A stretch of DNA of 64,000 nucleotides from an uncultured Gammaproteobacteria bacterium (GTDB taxonomy: Bacteria > Pseudomonadota > Gammaproteobacteria > UBA9214): positions 80,904 through 144,903 of the forward strand of contig CAVYZN010000016.1 of NCBI GenBank assembly GCA_963773065.1, written 5' to 3'. A program made the position numbers and the translations under genes. How positions within the stretch are numbered: the stretch's first letter is position 1; every line of letters begins with the position of its first letter. This document shows positions 11,006-20,446 of this stretch, in pieces. Under the pieces are notes generated by a model that ran no database searches, was not told the DNA's origin, and was given only the letters and a program-made list of their open reading frames with translations.

Positions 11006-11623
11006 ATGTGGACGTGGTCGCTCAACTGGGGAGAAGTCTCGCCGCACATCGTGGTGGGAACCTGTCCGATGGCGCCGGAGGATGTCGGGCGCATCCAGGC
11101 GGGGGCGGGGGTATCCGCCGTCCTGTCCCTGCAGCATGACGACTGTCTGGCGTACTGGGGCATCGACTATGACGCCATGCACAACCAGGGATCGCGGCTC
11201 GGTCTCACCATGAGACGGTGCCCGCTCCGTGATTTCGACATCCCGAACCAGCGTGAGCGGCTGCCGCATGCCGTTGCGGCGCTGACCCGCCTGCGCTCGG
11301 AGGGACACCGCATCTACGTGCATTGCACCGCGGGTTTGGGTCGGGCGCCACTGACGGTATTGGCTTACCTCACCTGGGTGGAGGGTCAGCCGCCCGAGTG
11401 CGCGATACGCACGATTCATAACGCGCGGCCAGGCGCGGTGCCCGCCTGGGAGGCTTATCATGGGTGCCGCGCAGACCTCGTCGCGAGATACCGTTCGATG
11501 ATCGAGCGGCGGGCCTATGAACTGCATGAAAAAGGCGGCCCAAGAACCGCGCTCGATAACTGGGTCGATGCCGAAACCGGGGTCATCCGATCCGCGCTCA
11601 TGGAATTATCCCTGCTCGGATAA
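11006..11623 (+). CDS. Dual-specificity phosphatase of glucan-phosphatase (LSF2/SEX4/laforin) type with C-terminal DUF2934-like domain
   Basis: P-loop VHCTAGLGRA, D-loop RDFD, LSLQ....AYWGID; C-terminal IERRAYEL.E.GG..ALDNWVDAE. Confidence 0.85.
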   Translation: MWTWSLNWGEVSPHIVVGTCPMAPEDVGRIQAGAGVSAVLSLQHDDCLAYWGIDYDAMHNQGSRLGLTMRRCPLRDFDIPNQRERLPHAVAALTRLRSEGHRIYVHCTAGLGRAPLTVLAYLTWVEGQPPECAIRTIHNARPGAVPAWEAYHGCRADLVARYRSMIERRAYELHEKGGPRTALDNWVDAETGVIRSALMELSLLG

Positions 11624-11634
11624 CAGGCTAAAGC

Positions 11635-13239
11635 TCATTGAAACAGGGATTTCAATTTGTCCAGGGTCCGCTTTGAGACATCTGAAACTGCGTTGGTGCT
11701 CTCGAGTTCCAACAGGCGTTTGTTGTCCGGATCAACCGCCAGTCCCCGATCTCGATAGACTTGCGCCTTGCCGTAATGGAACTGGTCGAGCTCCCGTTGC
11801 GCCAGGTCGGCGTAGCGATCGGCGATCTGCGCCACGCCCGTTAACGCCTCCTCGTTATCGGGATCCTCTGCCAGGATCCTCTGGTAATAGTAATACGCGT
11901 TGTTCATTTCCGGTGTGGTGAGACGGTAGTCATCCAGCGCCTGCCTGGCCAGCAACAAGTCATTCTCACGTTGCAGTGTCAGGTCATCGCTCAGGCGCAG
12001 CACAACCTTTTGTGTTGTTGCCTTACCAGCCGGCAAACTCACGGTTTGCTCTTCCTCCGTCATCATCAACGGTTCTGAGATGAACAATTTTAAGGTGACA
12101 GTCAACAATAGCAACATCACCGCGCCGGTTAGCGCCCAGCGGATGCGGACGTGGTCAGCAAGGATTTCCTGCAACTTCCGGAATGCGACTCGCGACCGGT
12201 GACCGAGCTGGTAAACAGTATCCGCACCGGCTCTGTCGTGATCTATCGGCAATCGTTCCCTGCGTTGTCCTACTTCCACGGTAACTGCTCCCTGCGTTAC
12301 CCTACCTCCTACATCCCTGTAGTCGTGCATTTTTGCAGTCATACGAGCGGCGATCCTGGCGGCGATGACTTTTATCCGCGCCCATGGCCTGGAATTGCGC
12401 AGGTCCCGGACAGCACCGGCTACTGCCGCTGCAGCGACGCCCCGCGGCCGGTGCTGCCGAAGCTCCCGGATGATCCCGACCATTTCCCCGGCGGTGGCGT
12501 AGCGGTCGTCAGGCGCTTTCGCGACCATCCGTTCGATCAACTCCTGATAACGGCTCAGCTCCGCCGGCAAAGCGGGACAAGGCCTGGTCAGGTGGGCCAT
12601 GATGGTTTCGATCGGAGAGTCGCCCTGAAATGGCTTAACGCCCGTCAGCATCTCATAGAGAATGATGCCGAGCCCGTAGATGTCGGCGCGCCCGTCCAAT
12701 GGTTTGCATTCGGCCTGTTCCGGGCTGAGGTAATACGGGCTGCCCAGCGCGGTGCTGTCCAGCGTCAGCCGGATGTCATTCTCCAGGTGCTTGGCGATCC
12801 CGAAATCGGTGAGTACCGGGGTCCCGTCCTTGCGAAACAGGATGTTCGCCGGCTTGATGTCGCGGTGAATGATGTCTCTGCGGTGCAGGAAATCCAGGCA
12901 GCCGCCGATGATCTCCGCCAGCTCGAGCGCCGCCTCGATGTTCATGCCCTTGCTGATCCGCTTCTCCAGGTCGCCATCCTCGAGGTATTCCATGGATATG
13001 TAGTGCCGCTCGCCGACGACGCCGATATCGTGGATGGTGATGATGTTGCGGTGATTGAGCGAGGCGATGATCCGGCCCTCGTTGCGGAACCGGGTGGACT
13101 GCAGGGGGTTATCGATATTCTTCAGCAGTTTGAGGGCGACCTGCCGCTCCAGGGATTCCTGTATGGCCAGGTGCACGGATGCCATGCCGCCATCGGCGAT
13201 GGGTCGTATGATTTTGTAGCCGGGTATCTGCAGATCCAT
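11635..13239 (-). CDS. Hanks-type Ser/Thr protein kinase with TM and TPR-like C-terminus
   Basis: GGMASV, VALK, HRDIKPANIL, DFG, GSPYYLSPEQ, DIYGLG. Confidence 0.92.
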   Translation of the reverse strand: MDLQIPGYKIIRPIADGGMASVHLAIQESLERQVALKLLKNIDNPLQSTRFRNEGRIIASLNHRNIITIHDIGVVGERHYISMEYLEDGDLEKRISKGMNIEAALELAEIIGGCLDFLHRRDIIHRDIKPANILFRKDGTPVLTDFGIAKHLENDIRLTLDSTALGSPYYLSPEQAECKPLDGRADIYGLGIILYEMLTGVKPFQGDSPIETIMAHLTRPCPALPAELSRYQELIERMVAKAPDDRYATAGEMVGIIRELRQHRPRGVAAAAVAGAVRDLRNSRPWARIKVIAARIAARMTAKMHDYRDVGGRVTQGAVTVEVGQRRERLPIDHDRAGADTVYQLGHRSRVAFRKLQEILADHVRIRWALTGAVMLLLLTVTLKLFISEPLMMTEEEQTVSLPAGKATTQKVVLRLSDDLTLQRENDLLLARQALDDYRLTTPEMNNAYYYYQRILAEDPDNEEALTGVAQIADRYADLAQRELDQFHYGKAQVYRDRGLAVDPDNKRLLELESTNAVSDVSKRTLDKLKSLFQ

Positions 13240-13446
13240 GGTCTAGCGTTTAGTGAAGGCCGGTTAGAGAGCGGGCACTGCCCCGGGTATCACGTCCAAG
13301 GAGATTGGTCTACCACGGCGATGTTCATTGAACCCAGCCTGGAACAAGGCGTTAGTCACCGCTATCGACCGTACTATCGAATTCCTGAACGATCATGCCG
13401 TGGCCATGCTAAGGCCGTCGTTAGTGGATCCACTTTGCGAAGGTAC

Positions 13447-13547
13447 GGTCGGGGATGGGCTTGCCGGGACCGTGTGCCGCCAGGACGGCGGCACCCGAGC
13501 CTACAGGGACGTATTCACGGCGTGTCCCGGCAAGTCCATCCCGGACC
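13447..13547. repeat. ~100 bp palindromic REP/MITE-like element, copy A
   Basis: GGTC.GGGATGGGCTTGCCGG...CCGGCAAGTCCATCCCGGACC; near reverse complement of 18128-18228. Confidence 0.85.
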
Positions 13548-13631
13548 AGGTGGCACTTCGTGGTCTTGAGCGTTGGCAGGCAGACTCAACCCTCAGCGAC
13601 AGGGATCAAAGGGCATCACCATCGGGACAGT

Positions 13632-16600
13632 TTACCGCTCGTCACGTTCGGACCGGGTAGCGGAGGCGGATTCGGTACCGTCGGTCTTGTCGCCGAGCAG
13701 CCGGCGCATCACGACATAGAACACCGGCACGAACAGCACGCCGAGCAGCGTCGCGCCGACCATGCCGCCCATCACATCCGTGCCGATCGCATGCCGGCTG
13801 TTGGCGCCGGCGCCGGTGGAGATGGCCAGCGGCAGCACGCCGAGGATGAAGGCGATGGAGGTCATCAGGATCGGCCGGAAGCGCAGCCGGCAGGCCTCCA
13901 GCGTGGCCTCCAGCAGGCCGCGGCCCTGCGCTCGCATGGTGTTGGCGAACTCGATGATCAGAATCGCGTTCTTGGCGGACAGGCCGATCACCGCGATCAG
14001 GCCGACCTTGAAATACACGTCGTCCTCGAGGCCCCGCAGCCAGGTGAAGGTGAGCGCGCCCAGCACGCCGAGCGGCACCACCAGCATCACCGCCACCGGG
14101 ATGGACCAGCTCTCGTAGAGCGCGGCCAGCGCGAGGAACACCACCAGCAGCGACAGGGCGAAGAGGATGGGCGCCTGCTGGCCGGAGATGATCTCCTGCA
14201 GCGACTGGCCGGACCATTCATAGCCGATGCCCTGGGGCAGATACTTCTTTACGATCTCCTGCATGGTGTCCATGGCCTGTCCGGAGCTGTAGCCCGGGGA
14301 GGGGGAACCGTTGATCTGGATCGCGGGGTGGCCGTTGTAGTGATCGATTGCCGGTGGTCCGAGCGTCCAGCTCGATGAGACGACGCTGGTGAGCGGTACC
14401 ATGTTATCGATGCCGCCCCGGCTGGCGGGAATGTAGTAATGGCTCAGGTCCTCGATACGGCTGCGGTAGTCGGCATCCGCCTGCAACAGCACCTTGAGTA
14501 CGCGGCCCTGGTAGTTGAAATCATTGGCGTAGACCGGCGCCATCATCAGGCGGATGGCGTCGTAGATATCCGTCAGTGACAGTCCCATGGACTGCGCCTG
14601 CACGCGGTCCACCTCGAGGTGCAGTTCGGGCGCGTCCTCCAACTGGTTGGGCCGCACCCCGGACAGCACCGGATTGCCCGTGGCCTTGCCGAGCAGGGTA
14701 TTGCGGGCCTGCATCAGCGGGTCGTGTCCCAGTCCGGCCCGGTCCTCGAGGCGGAAGTCGAAGCCGCCGAAGCGGCCCAGGCCGCGAATGGTGGGCAGGT
14801 TGATGACGAACAGGCGCGCGCCCTTGATGGCCTGCAGCGCGCCGTTCGTCCACTGGATGAAGGCATTGATCTGTTCGTCCGCCTTGCGGCGATCGTCCCA
14901 GTGCTTGAGGCGGATGAAGCCGAGGCCGACGTTCTCGCCCTGGCCGATGAAGCTGAAGCCCGCCACGTCGAGCACCTGTTCCACCGCCGGGCTCCGCTGA
15001 ATGATGGTCTCCATCTGTCGCAGGATATCACCGGTGCGTTCCATGCTGGCGCCGGGCGGCAGTTGCACGATCACCAGCGCGTAGCCCTGGTCCTCCTCGG
15101 GCAGGAAGCTGGTCGGCAGCCGGGCGAACAGCAGGATCGCCACGCCCACGAGCACGGCGAAGGCCGCCATCCAGCGCGGCGTGTGGCGGATCGACTTCCG
15201 TACCCGCGCCAGATAGCCGCGGGTCAGTCCGCCATAGAGGGTGTTGAACCCGCGCAGGAAGCGGTTCGGTTCCCCGTGCACCGGTTTGAGCAGGGTCGCG
15301 CACAGCGCCGGTGTGAAGCTGAGCGCCATCAGCGCCGAGATGGCCATGGAGATCGCGATGGTCAGGGAGAACTGGCGGTAGATCACGCCCACGCTGCCCC
15401 CGACCAGCGCCATCGGAATGAACACCGCCGCCAGCACCGTGGTCATGGCGATCACCGCGCCGGTGATCTGGTCCATGGCCTTGCGCGTCGCCTCCTTTGG
15501 CGGCAGGCCTTCCTCGGTCATGATGCGCTCCACGTTTTCCACCACGACGATGGCGTCGTCTACGACCAGGCCGATCGCCAGCACCAAGCCGAAGAGGGTG
15601 AGCACGTTGATGGAGAAGCCGGCGAGGTACATGCCGGCGAAGGCGCTGGTCAGCGCCACCGGGACCACGAGGGTGGGGATCAGCGTCGCGCGCAGGTTCT
15701 GCAGGAACAGCAGGATCACCAGGAATACCAGCACCACGGCCTCGACTAGGGTGAATAGCACCTCGTGGATGGAGATGCGGATGAACTGCGTGGTGTCATA
15801 GGGCACCAGCCAGCTCACGCCGTGCGGAAAGTAGGCGTCCAGTTCGTCCATCTTGTCGCGCACCGCGGCGGCCACCTCCAGGGCATTGGCGTCCGGGGCG
15901 AGCAGGATGGCGAAGCCGGCGATGGGATCGCCGTCGAGGTGCACGTCATGGCCGTAGGACTCGGCCCCGAGATCGATGCGCGCGACATCCTTCAGGCGCA
16001 CGCTGCTGCCGTCCGGGTTGGTGCGCAGGATGATGTCGCCGAACTGTTCCGTGGAGGTGAAGCGGCTCGCGGCGCTGACCGAGGCGCTGAAGCCCTGCCC
16101 CGGCGGGGCCGGCTCCGAACCGATATAGCCGGCGGCGATCTGCACGTTCTGGTTGCGCACCGCATCGAGCATTTGCGAGGCGCTCAGGCCGTAGCCGCGC
16201 AGCTTGTCCGGGTTGAGCCAGATGCGCATCGCATAGGCGGCGCCGAAGAGGTTCGCATCCCCTACACCGGGCAACCGCCGGATCGGATCGAGCACCTGGG
16301 AGGCGATCAGGTTATTGAGGGCGTAGGTATCGAGGCTGCGGTCTTCCGAATGCAGCGCCACCACCATGAGGAAATCGTTGTTGGCCTTGGAGACGGTGAT
16401 GCCGTTCTGCACGACCTCCTGGGGCAGACGCGGCTGCGCGACGCTGAGCCGGTTCTGCACTTGCACCTGGGCGATATCGGGATCGGTGCCGCTGATGAAC
16501 GTCAGCGTGATCTGCACCGTGCCGTTGGAGCGCGAGGTCGAATCGAAATAGAGGAGATTGTCGACACCGGTGAGCTGCTGCTCGATCACCGAGGTCACGG

Positions 16601-16778
16601 TCTTCTCGATCACCTCCGCGCTCGCGCCGGGATAGACGGCGTTGATGCTGATCTGGGGCGGTGCGATCGGCGGATACGCCGACACCGGCAGCTTGAAGAT
16701 GGCGGCGGCGCCGGCCAGGGTGATGAGAATGGCAATCACCCAGGCGAAGATCGGCCGGTCGATGAAAAAGCGTGGCAT
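13632..16778 (-). CDS. acrB: HAE1 RND efflux permease (AcrB/MexB family)
   Basis: MPRFFIDRPIFAWVIAI, GLVVDDAIVVVENVER, GLSAKNAILIIEFA, RFRPILMTS. Confidence 0.95.
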   Translation of the reverse strand: MPRFFIDRPIFAWVIAILITLAGAAAIFKLPVSAYPPIAPPQISINAVYPGASAEVIEKTVTSVIEQQLTGVDNLLYFDSTSRSNGTVQITLTFISGTDPDIAQVQVQNRLSVAQPRLPQEVVQNGITVSKANNDFLMVVALHSEDRSLDTYALNNLIASQVLDPIRRLPGVGDANLFGAAYAMRIWLNPDKLRGYGLSASQMLDAVRNQNVQIAAGYIGSEPAPPGQGFSASVSAASRFTSTEQFGDIILRTNPDGSSVRLKDVARIDLGAESYGHDVHLDGDPIAGFAILLAPDANALEVAAAVRDKMDELDAYFPHGVSWLVPYDTTQFIRISIHEVLFTLVEAVVLVFLVILLFLQNLRATLIPTLVVPVALTSAFAGMYLAGFSINVLTLFGLVLAIGLVVDDAIVVVENVERIMTEEGLPPKEATRKAMDQITGAVIAMTTVLAAVFIPMALVGGSVGVIYRQFSLTIAISMAISALMALSFTPALCATLLKPVHGEPNRFLRGFNTLYGGLTRGYLARVRKSIRHTPRWMAAFAVLVGVAILLFARLPTSFLPEEDQGYALVIVQLPPGASMERTGDILRQMETIIQRSPAVEQVLDVAGFSFIGQGENVGLGFIRLKHWDDRRKADEQINAFIQWTNGALQAIKGARLFVINLPTIRGLGRFGGFDFRLEDRAGLGHDPLMQARNTLLGKATGNPVLSGVRPNQLEDAPELHLEVDRVQAQSMGLSLTDIYDAIRLMMAPVYANDFNYQGRVLKVLLQADADYRSRIEDLSHYYIPASRGGIDNMVPLTSVVSSSWTLGPPAIDHYNGHPAIQINGSPSPGYSSGQAMDTMQEIVKKYLPQGIGYEWSGQSLQEIISGQQAPILFALSLLVVFLALAALYESWSIPVAVMLVVPLGVLGALTFTWLRGLEDDVYFKVGLIAVIGLSAKNAILIIEFANTMRAQGRGLLEATLEACRLRFRPILMTSIAFILGVLPLAISTGAGANSRHAIGTDVMGGMVGATLLGVLFVPVFYVVMRRLLGDKTDGTESASATRSERDER

Positions 16779-16790
16779 CGGAGCTGCGCC

Positions 16791-17924
16791 TCAGGGTTTG
16801 GCCGCGGCCGCCGGCGCGGACGCGGGCACCGCCTTGGCGCTGGCGCCCGGTTGGACCTTCTGCAGCCCATCGACGATCACCCGGTCGCCGCCGCCGAGAT
16901 CGCCCGTGACGATCCATTCGGTACGAGTCATGCCGCGGGTCTGGAGCCGGCGCTGGGCTACCTTGCCGTCGGCGTCGACGACCAGGGCGTAGGCGCCCTG
17001 GTCGTCGCGCGCCACCGCGGCCTGGGGCAGCAGGTAGGCATTGTCGATCGCGCCGCTCGTGAGTCGCAGGTTGACGAACATGCCCGGCAGCAGCGAGTGG
17101 TCCGGATTGGGCAGGATGGCGCGCAGCGACACGGCGCCCGTGCCGGGGTCGACGGCCAGGTCGGAGAAATCGAGCGTGCCGGCGTGCGGGTAGGGCGTGC
17201 CGTCCGGCAGCAGCACTTCCACCCGCGCCGGGTGTTCCGCGGTCGAGCTGCCCCGCAGTTCCCGCAATTCGGCCACCGACTGGCTGAAGTTCACATAGAC
17301 GGGATCGATCTGCTCGATGGTGGTCAGTTGCGTCGCCTCGCCCTGACCCACCAGCGCGCCCTCGGTCACGAGCGCACGGCCGGCGCGCCCGGCGATGGGC
17401 GCGGTGACGGTGGCATAGCCCAGATCCAGGCGCGCGCTTTCCACGTCGGCCTGCGCCTGCTTGACCGCCGCCGCCGTGCTGCGCTCGGCGGCAAGCGCGT
17501 TATCCCGGTCCTGGGTCGAGATCAATTGCTTCTGCGCGAGCTCGCGATAGCGTTTGGCGGTCTGCGCGGCATTGGTGGCATCGGCCTGCGCCTTGGCGAG
17601 GGCGGCATCCCTGGCGTGCAGCGCCGCCTCCAGCGGCGCGGGATCGATCTGGTAGAGGACCTCGTCCTGCCGCACGTCGGTGCCTTCGGTATAGACGCGT
17701 TTGAGGATGATGCCGGCCACCCGCGCGCGCACCTGCGCGACCCGGGTCGGCGCCAGGCGGCCGACGAGTTCACGGGTCAGCGGCACGGTCTGGGGATGGA
17801 CCTCGATGACCGCGACTTCCGGCGGTGGCGGCGTCTGAGGATTCTGGGACGTTGCCTGGTCGCAGGCGGCAAGCAGCAGCAGGCCCGCGACTAACAGTGC
17901 CCTGCGCAGGAATTGTCGTTTCAT
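16791..17924 (-). CDS. acrA: RND periplasmic adaptor lipoprotein (AcrA/MexA family)
   Basis: Lipobox LLAAC, VRARVAGI, LYQIDP, APIAGR, LLPGMFV. Confidence 0.93.
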   Translation of the reverse strand: MKRQFLRRALLVAGLLLLAACDQATSQNPQTPPPPEVAVIEVHPQTVPLTRELVGRLAPTRVAQVRARVAGIILKRVYTEGTDVRQDEVLYQIDPAPLEAALHARDAALAKAQADATNAAQTAKRYRELAQKQLISTQDRDNALAAERSTAAAVKQAQADVESARLDLGYATVTAPIAGRAGRALVTEGALVGQGEATQLTTIEQIDPVYVNFSQSVAELRELRGSSTAEHPARVEVLLPDGTPYPHAGTLDFSDLAVDPGTGAVSLRAILPNPDHSLLPGMFVNLRLTSGAIDNAYLLPQAAVARDDQGAYALVVDADGKVAQRRLQTRGMTRTEWIVTGDLGGGDRVIVDGLQKVQPGASAKAVPASAPAAAAKP

Positions 17925-18127
17925 ATTGTATCCTTGCAAGGCGCGAACGGGATCGGTGCAACGGCGCCCGTTATTTTAGTCCGCCGCCGGTTTCGATAGG
18001 TTCCGTGCCTGATGGGTGGTGGCAGTCGCGGGTCAGGGCGTCATTCTAGCATTCGCCTTCGCGGCCCGTCAGTGGATCGGACGATGTTACGAAGGCCTTC
18101 ATTAGCAGCGCCACTTTGTCGGGGCGC

Positions 18128-18228
18128 GGTCCGGGATGGGCATGCCGGAACACGCCGTGTATACATCCCTGTAGGCTCGGGTGCCGCCGTCCTGGCGGCA
18201 CACGGTTCCGGCAAGCCCATCCCGGACC
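18128..18228. repeat. ~100 bp palindromic REP/MITE-like element, copy B (inverted relative to copy A)
   Basis: Near-exact reverse complement of 13447-13547. Confidence 0.85.
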
Positions 18229-18571
18229 GCGTGGCGATTCGCTAGGATGATTGATCGATCCCCAGATCCGTTGTGCGAAATCGGGAACTCGGGAATCAGC
18301 TTGAATTCGGCTTTGATGGAACGGTCATTGCAGGGTTTTCATCAATCGAGTCCAGTCCGCCGCCGTTCCTCCAACTCGCCCGTCACGACTGTTGGTGGCG
18401 CCGCAACATCCTGCGGTTGCCGCCGCCAGCCGTCACCTGGTCGAGCGCCGGGTTAGAAAATCCTATCCCGTTATTTCAGGCAGTTACGTCGCCGTCATCG
18501 GTTGCGCCTGGCTTGGCACGGATGCTGCACCGTCAGGGGTGAGAGCAGCACTGAAGCGGAGGGCACACACC

Positions 18572-18789
18572 ATGATCACCTTGACGCCTTACCTGGCAAA
18601 AGCCATCGAAATTGCCGCGGCCTGCGTCGAGCGGGAGTTCCGGGTGCGCCGCCGCCTCGATCCCCAGATCACTGCCGAGGAGGTCTGGGCGGGCGTCGGT
18701 CTCGACGGCCGCATCGTGATCGGCCATCCCTGCTCCCGAGCGGGCAGGGCTTTTACGTCAACTACCAGGGTGAGTGGCAGGAGGTATGA
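18572..18789 (+). CDS. Small hypothetical protein (~72 aa, one apparent frameshift near 18730)
   Basis: GGAGGG RBS; MITLTPYL...IGHP joins LLPSGQGFYVNYQGEWQEV*, whose TGA overlaps the next ATG. Confidence 0.55.
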
Positions 18790-18959
18790 ACATGTACACA
18801 CGTTATGAACACAGCGGCGCCCGTGCGCCGGAGCGCTACGACTTCACGCAGAGCGGTTGGTCCGAGTTTGCCGAGGCCGCCGATGTGCCCGAGGCGCCCA
18901 GCGCCTGGACGCTGGAGGATTTCGCGGACATCCTGCCGGCCGCCGGAGGGTGGCAATGA
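18786..18959 (+). CDS. Small acidic, Trp-rich hypothetical protein (57 aa)
   Basis: AGGAGG RBS; ATGA overlaps at both ends. Confidence 0.6.
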   Translation: MNMYTRYEHSGARAPERYDFTQSGWSEFAEAADVPEAPSAWTLEDFADILPAAGGWQ

Positions 18960-19610
18960 GACCCCGCCGGTTGCGGCTGCCGGCGCTCGCCGGCATGCTG
19001 CTCGCGGCAACTCTTGCCAGCGCCTCCGGCCAAGCGCCGCTCGATCTGATCCACGCCGCCGTCGACCAGATCGCGGGCGGAACTTAAAGCCCGGCCGGAA
19101 CTGCGCGGCGACCGCGCCGGGCTGCGCCGCCTGGTCGAGGAGCGCGTCGCCCCGCATTTCGACTTCGCGGCGCTTTCGCGCCTGGCGCTGGGCAAGCACT
19201 GGCGCGCGGCGAGCCCCGCACAGCAGGCGCGCTTCACCGACGAGTTCCACCGCCTGCTGGTGCGCACCTATTCGGCTTACCTCGGTGACTACGACGGCGA
19301 GACGATCGAATATCAGGCGCAACCGGTTTCGGACGCGGGGCGCCGCGCCGGAGTCCTCACGCGCATCATCGCCCCGGGCCGTCCGCCGGTCACGGTGGAA
19401 TACAGCCTGTACGCCGGGGCGGACGGCTGGAAGATCTACAACGTCAGCGTCGAGGGCATCAGCCTGGTCACGACCTACCGCAGCAGCTTCGACGAGGAGA
19501 TCCGGCGCGAGAGTCTCGATGGTCTGATCGACACCCTCGCCGCGCGCAACGCCGGGGAGTGCATGGCCGGACAGTCCGCGCCGGGGCAGGCGGCGAGCGC
19601 CGCGTGCTGA
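18956..19610 (+). CDS. mlaC: MlaC/Ttg2D-family periplasmic lipid-binding protein (frameshift near 19080)
   Basis: Signal peptide; PHFDFAALSRLALGKHWRAAS.AQQARF; WKIYNVSVEGISLVTTYRSSF. Confidence 0.8.
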
Positions 19611-19773
19611 GGCGGGACTGAACACGCGGCTGGTGGAACAACGGGATTTCTGTGGGATGATTTTTCAGTCCATCAAGCATACCTTTGGTCCGCAAACGGT
19701 GCATCACTGCACCGCTACTCCCGCTTTCGTGGGGGATGACTTGTTCAGATTCACCATGTTCGACAGACTTTCA

Positions 19774-19902
19774 GAAGCTCTGATTAAGTCCGTTCGTGGT
19801 GAGCCTGTCGAACCATGAACGGACGAATCGCCTGACATTTATGGCATTTCCCGTTCACCCTTCGACAAGCTCACGGCGAACGGGAGACTTGATCAGAGCT
19901 TC
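19774..19902. repeat. Palindromic REP/MITE-like element (GAGCCTGTCGAA / TTCGACAAGCTC type)
   Basis: Terminal IR GAAGCTCTGATTAAGTC / GACTTGATCAGAGCTTC and inner IR CGTTCG..GTGAGC.TGTCGAA. Confidence 0.75.
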
Positions 19903-20005
19903 CTTTCAGGGAAATAGGCTTTATTCTTTCGCTACTCGAGGGCATGATCATCACGTATGAGTCCGGGCGCTGGAACAAGGTGATTCAAACAACGAGGTTG
20001 CATGC

Positions 20006-20236
20006 ATGGAACAGATTGTCAATTTACATATCGAGAAATTGCCCGAGGGGATGTATCTGGCGACATCGGATGAGATCCCCGGCCTGGTGGCCCAGGGTCG
20101 CACGGTGACCGAGACCCTGGAGATTGCCCGCGATGTGGCGAAGAAGCTGCTGGAAGCCCAGGCCGAACGCCAGGGGCAACCGGTACTGAAAGAGGCCGGG
20201 GATCTTTTCGACTACCCGCTGGTTGTCAGCGGCTAA
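20006..20236 (+). CDS. hicB: HicB-like (DUF1902) antitoxin
   Basis: IEKLPEG.YLATSDEIPGLVAQGRTV.ETLEIARDVA. Confidence 0.85.
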   Translation: MEQIVNLHIEKLPEGMYLATSDEIPGLVAQGRTVTETLEIARDVAKKLLEAQAERQGQPVLKEAGDLFDYPLVVSG

Positions 20237-20343
20237 ATGGGACGCCTGGCCGGCTTTCGTTACCAGCAGATTGTCAAACGCCTGAAGGTACTCTGCGGGC
20301 TATCCTGAAACAGGCGGGTATTTCAACGGAGGATTTTTTTTAA
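20237..20343 (+). pseudogene. hicA: HicA toxin with internal deletion
   Basis: N-terminus MGRLAGFRYQQIVKRLK joined out of frame to the C-terminus PEGTLRAILKQAGISTEDF; the GSH core is absent. Confidence 0.8.
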
Positions 20344-20446
20344 AGGTGAAATAAAGCCCGGCTGAACGATCCTGCCACACGGCGAGGCCGCCGTGACTTT
20401 CGATCAGTTGGCACGCCCCGCGGTTCTTCGCGACGATCCGCCAACG

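Noticed and set aside
12151-17894. Long plus-strand ORFs (472, 376 and 709 aa) opposite the kinase and RND genes
   Set aside because: Antisense shadows caused by high-GC codon bias
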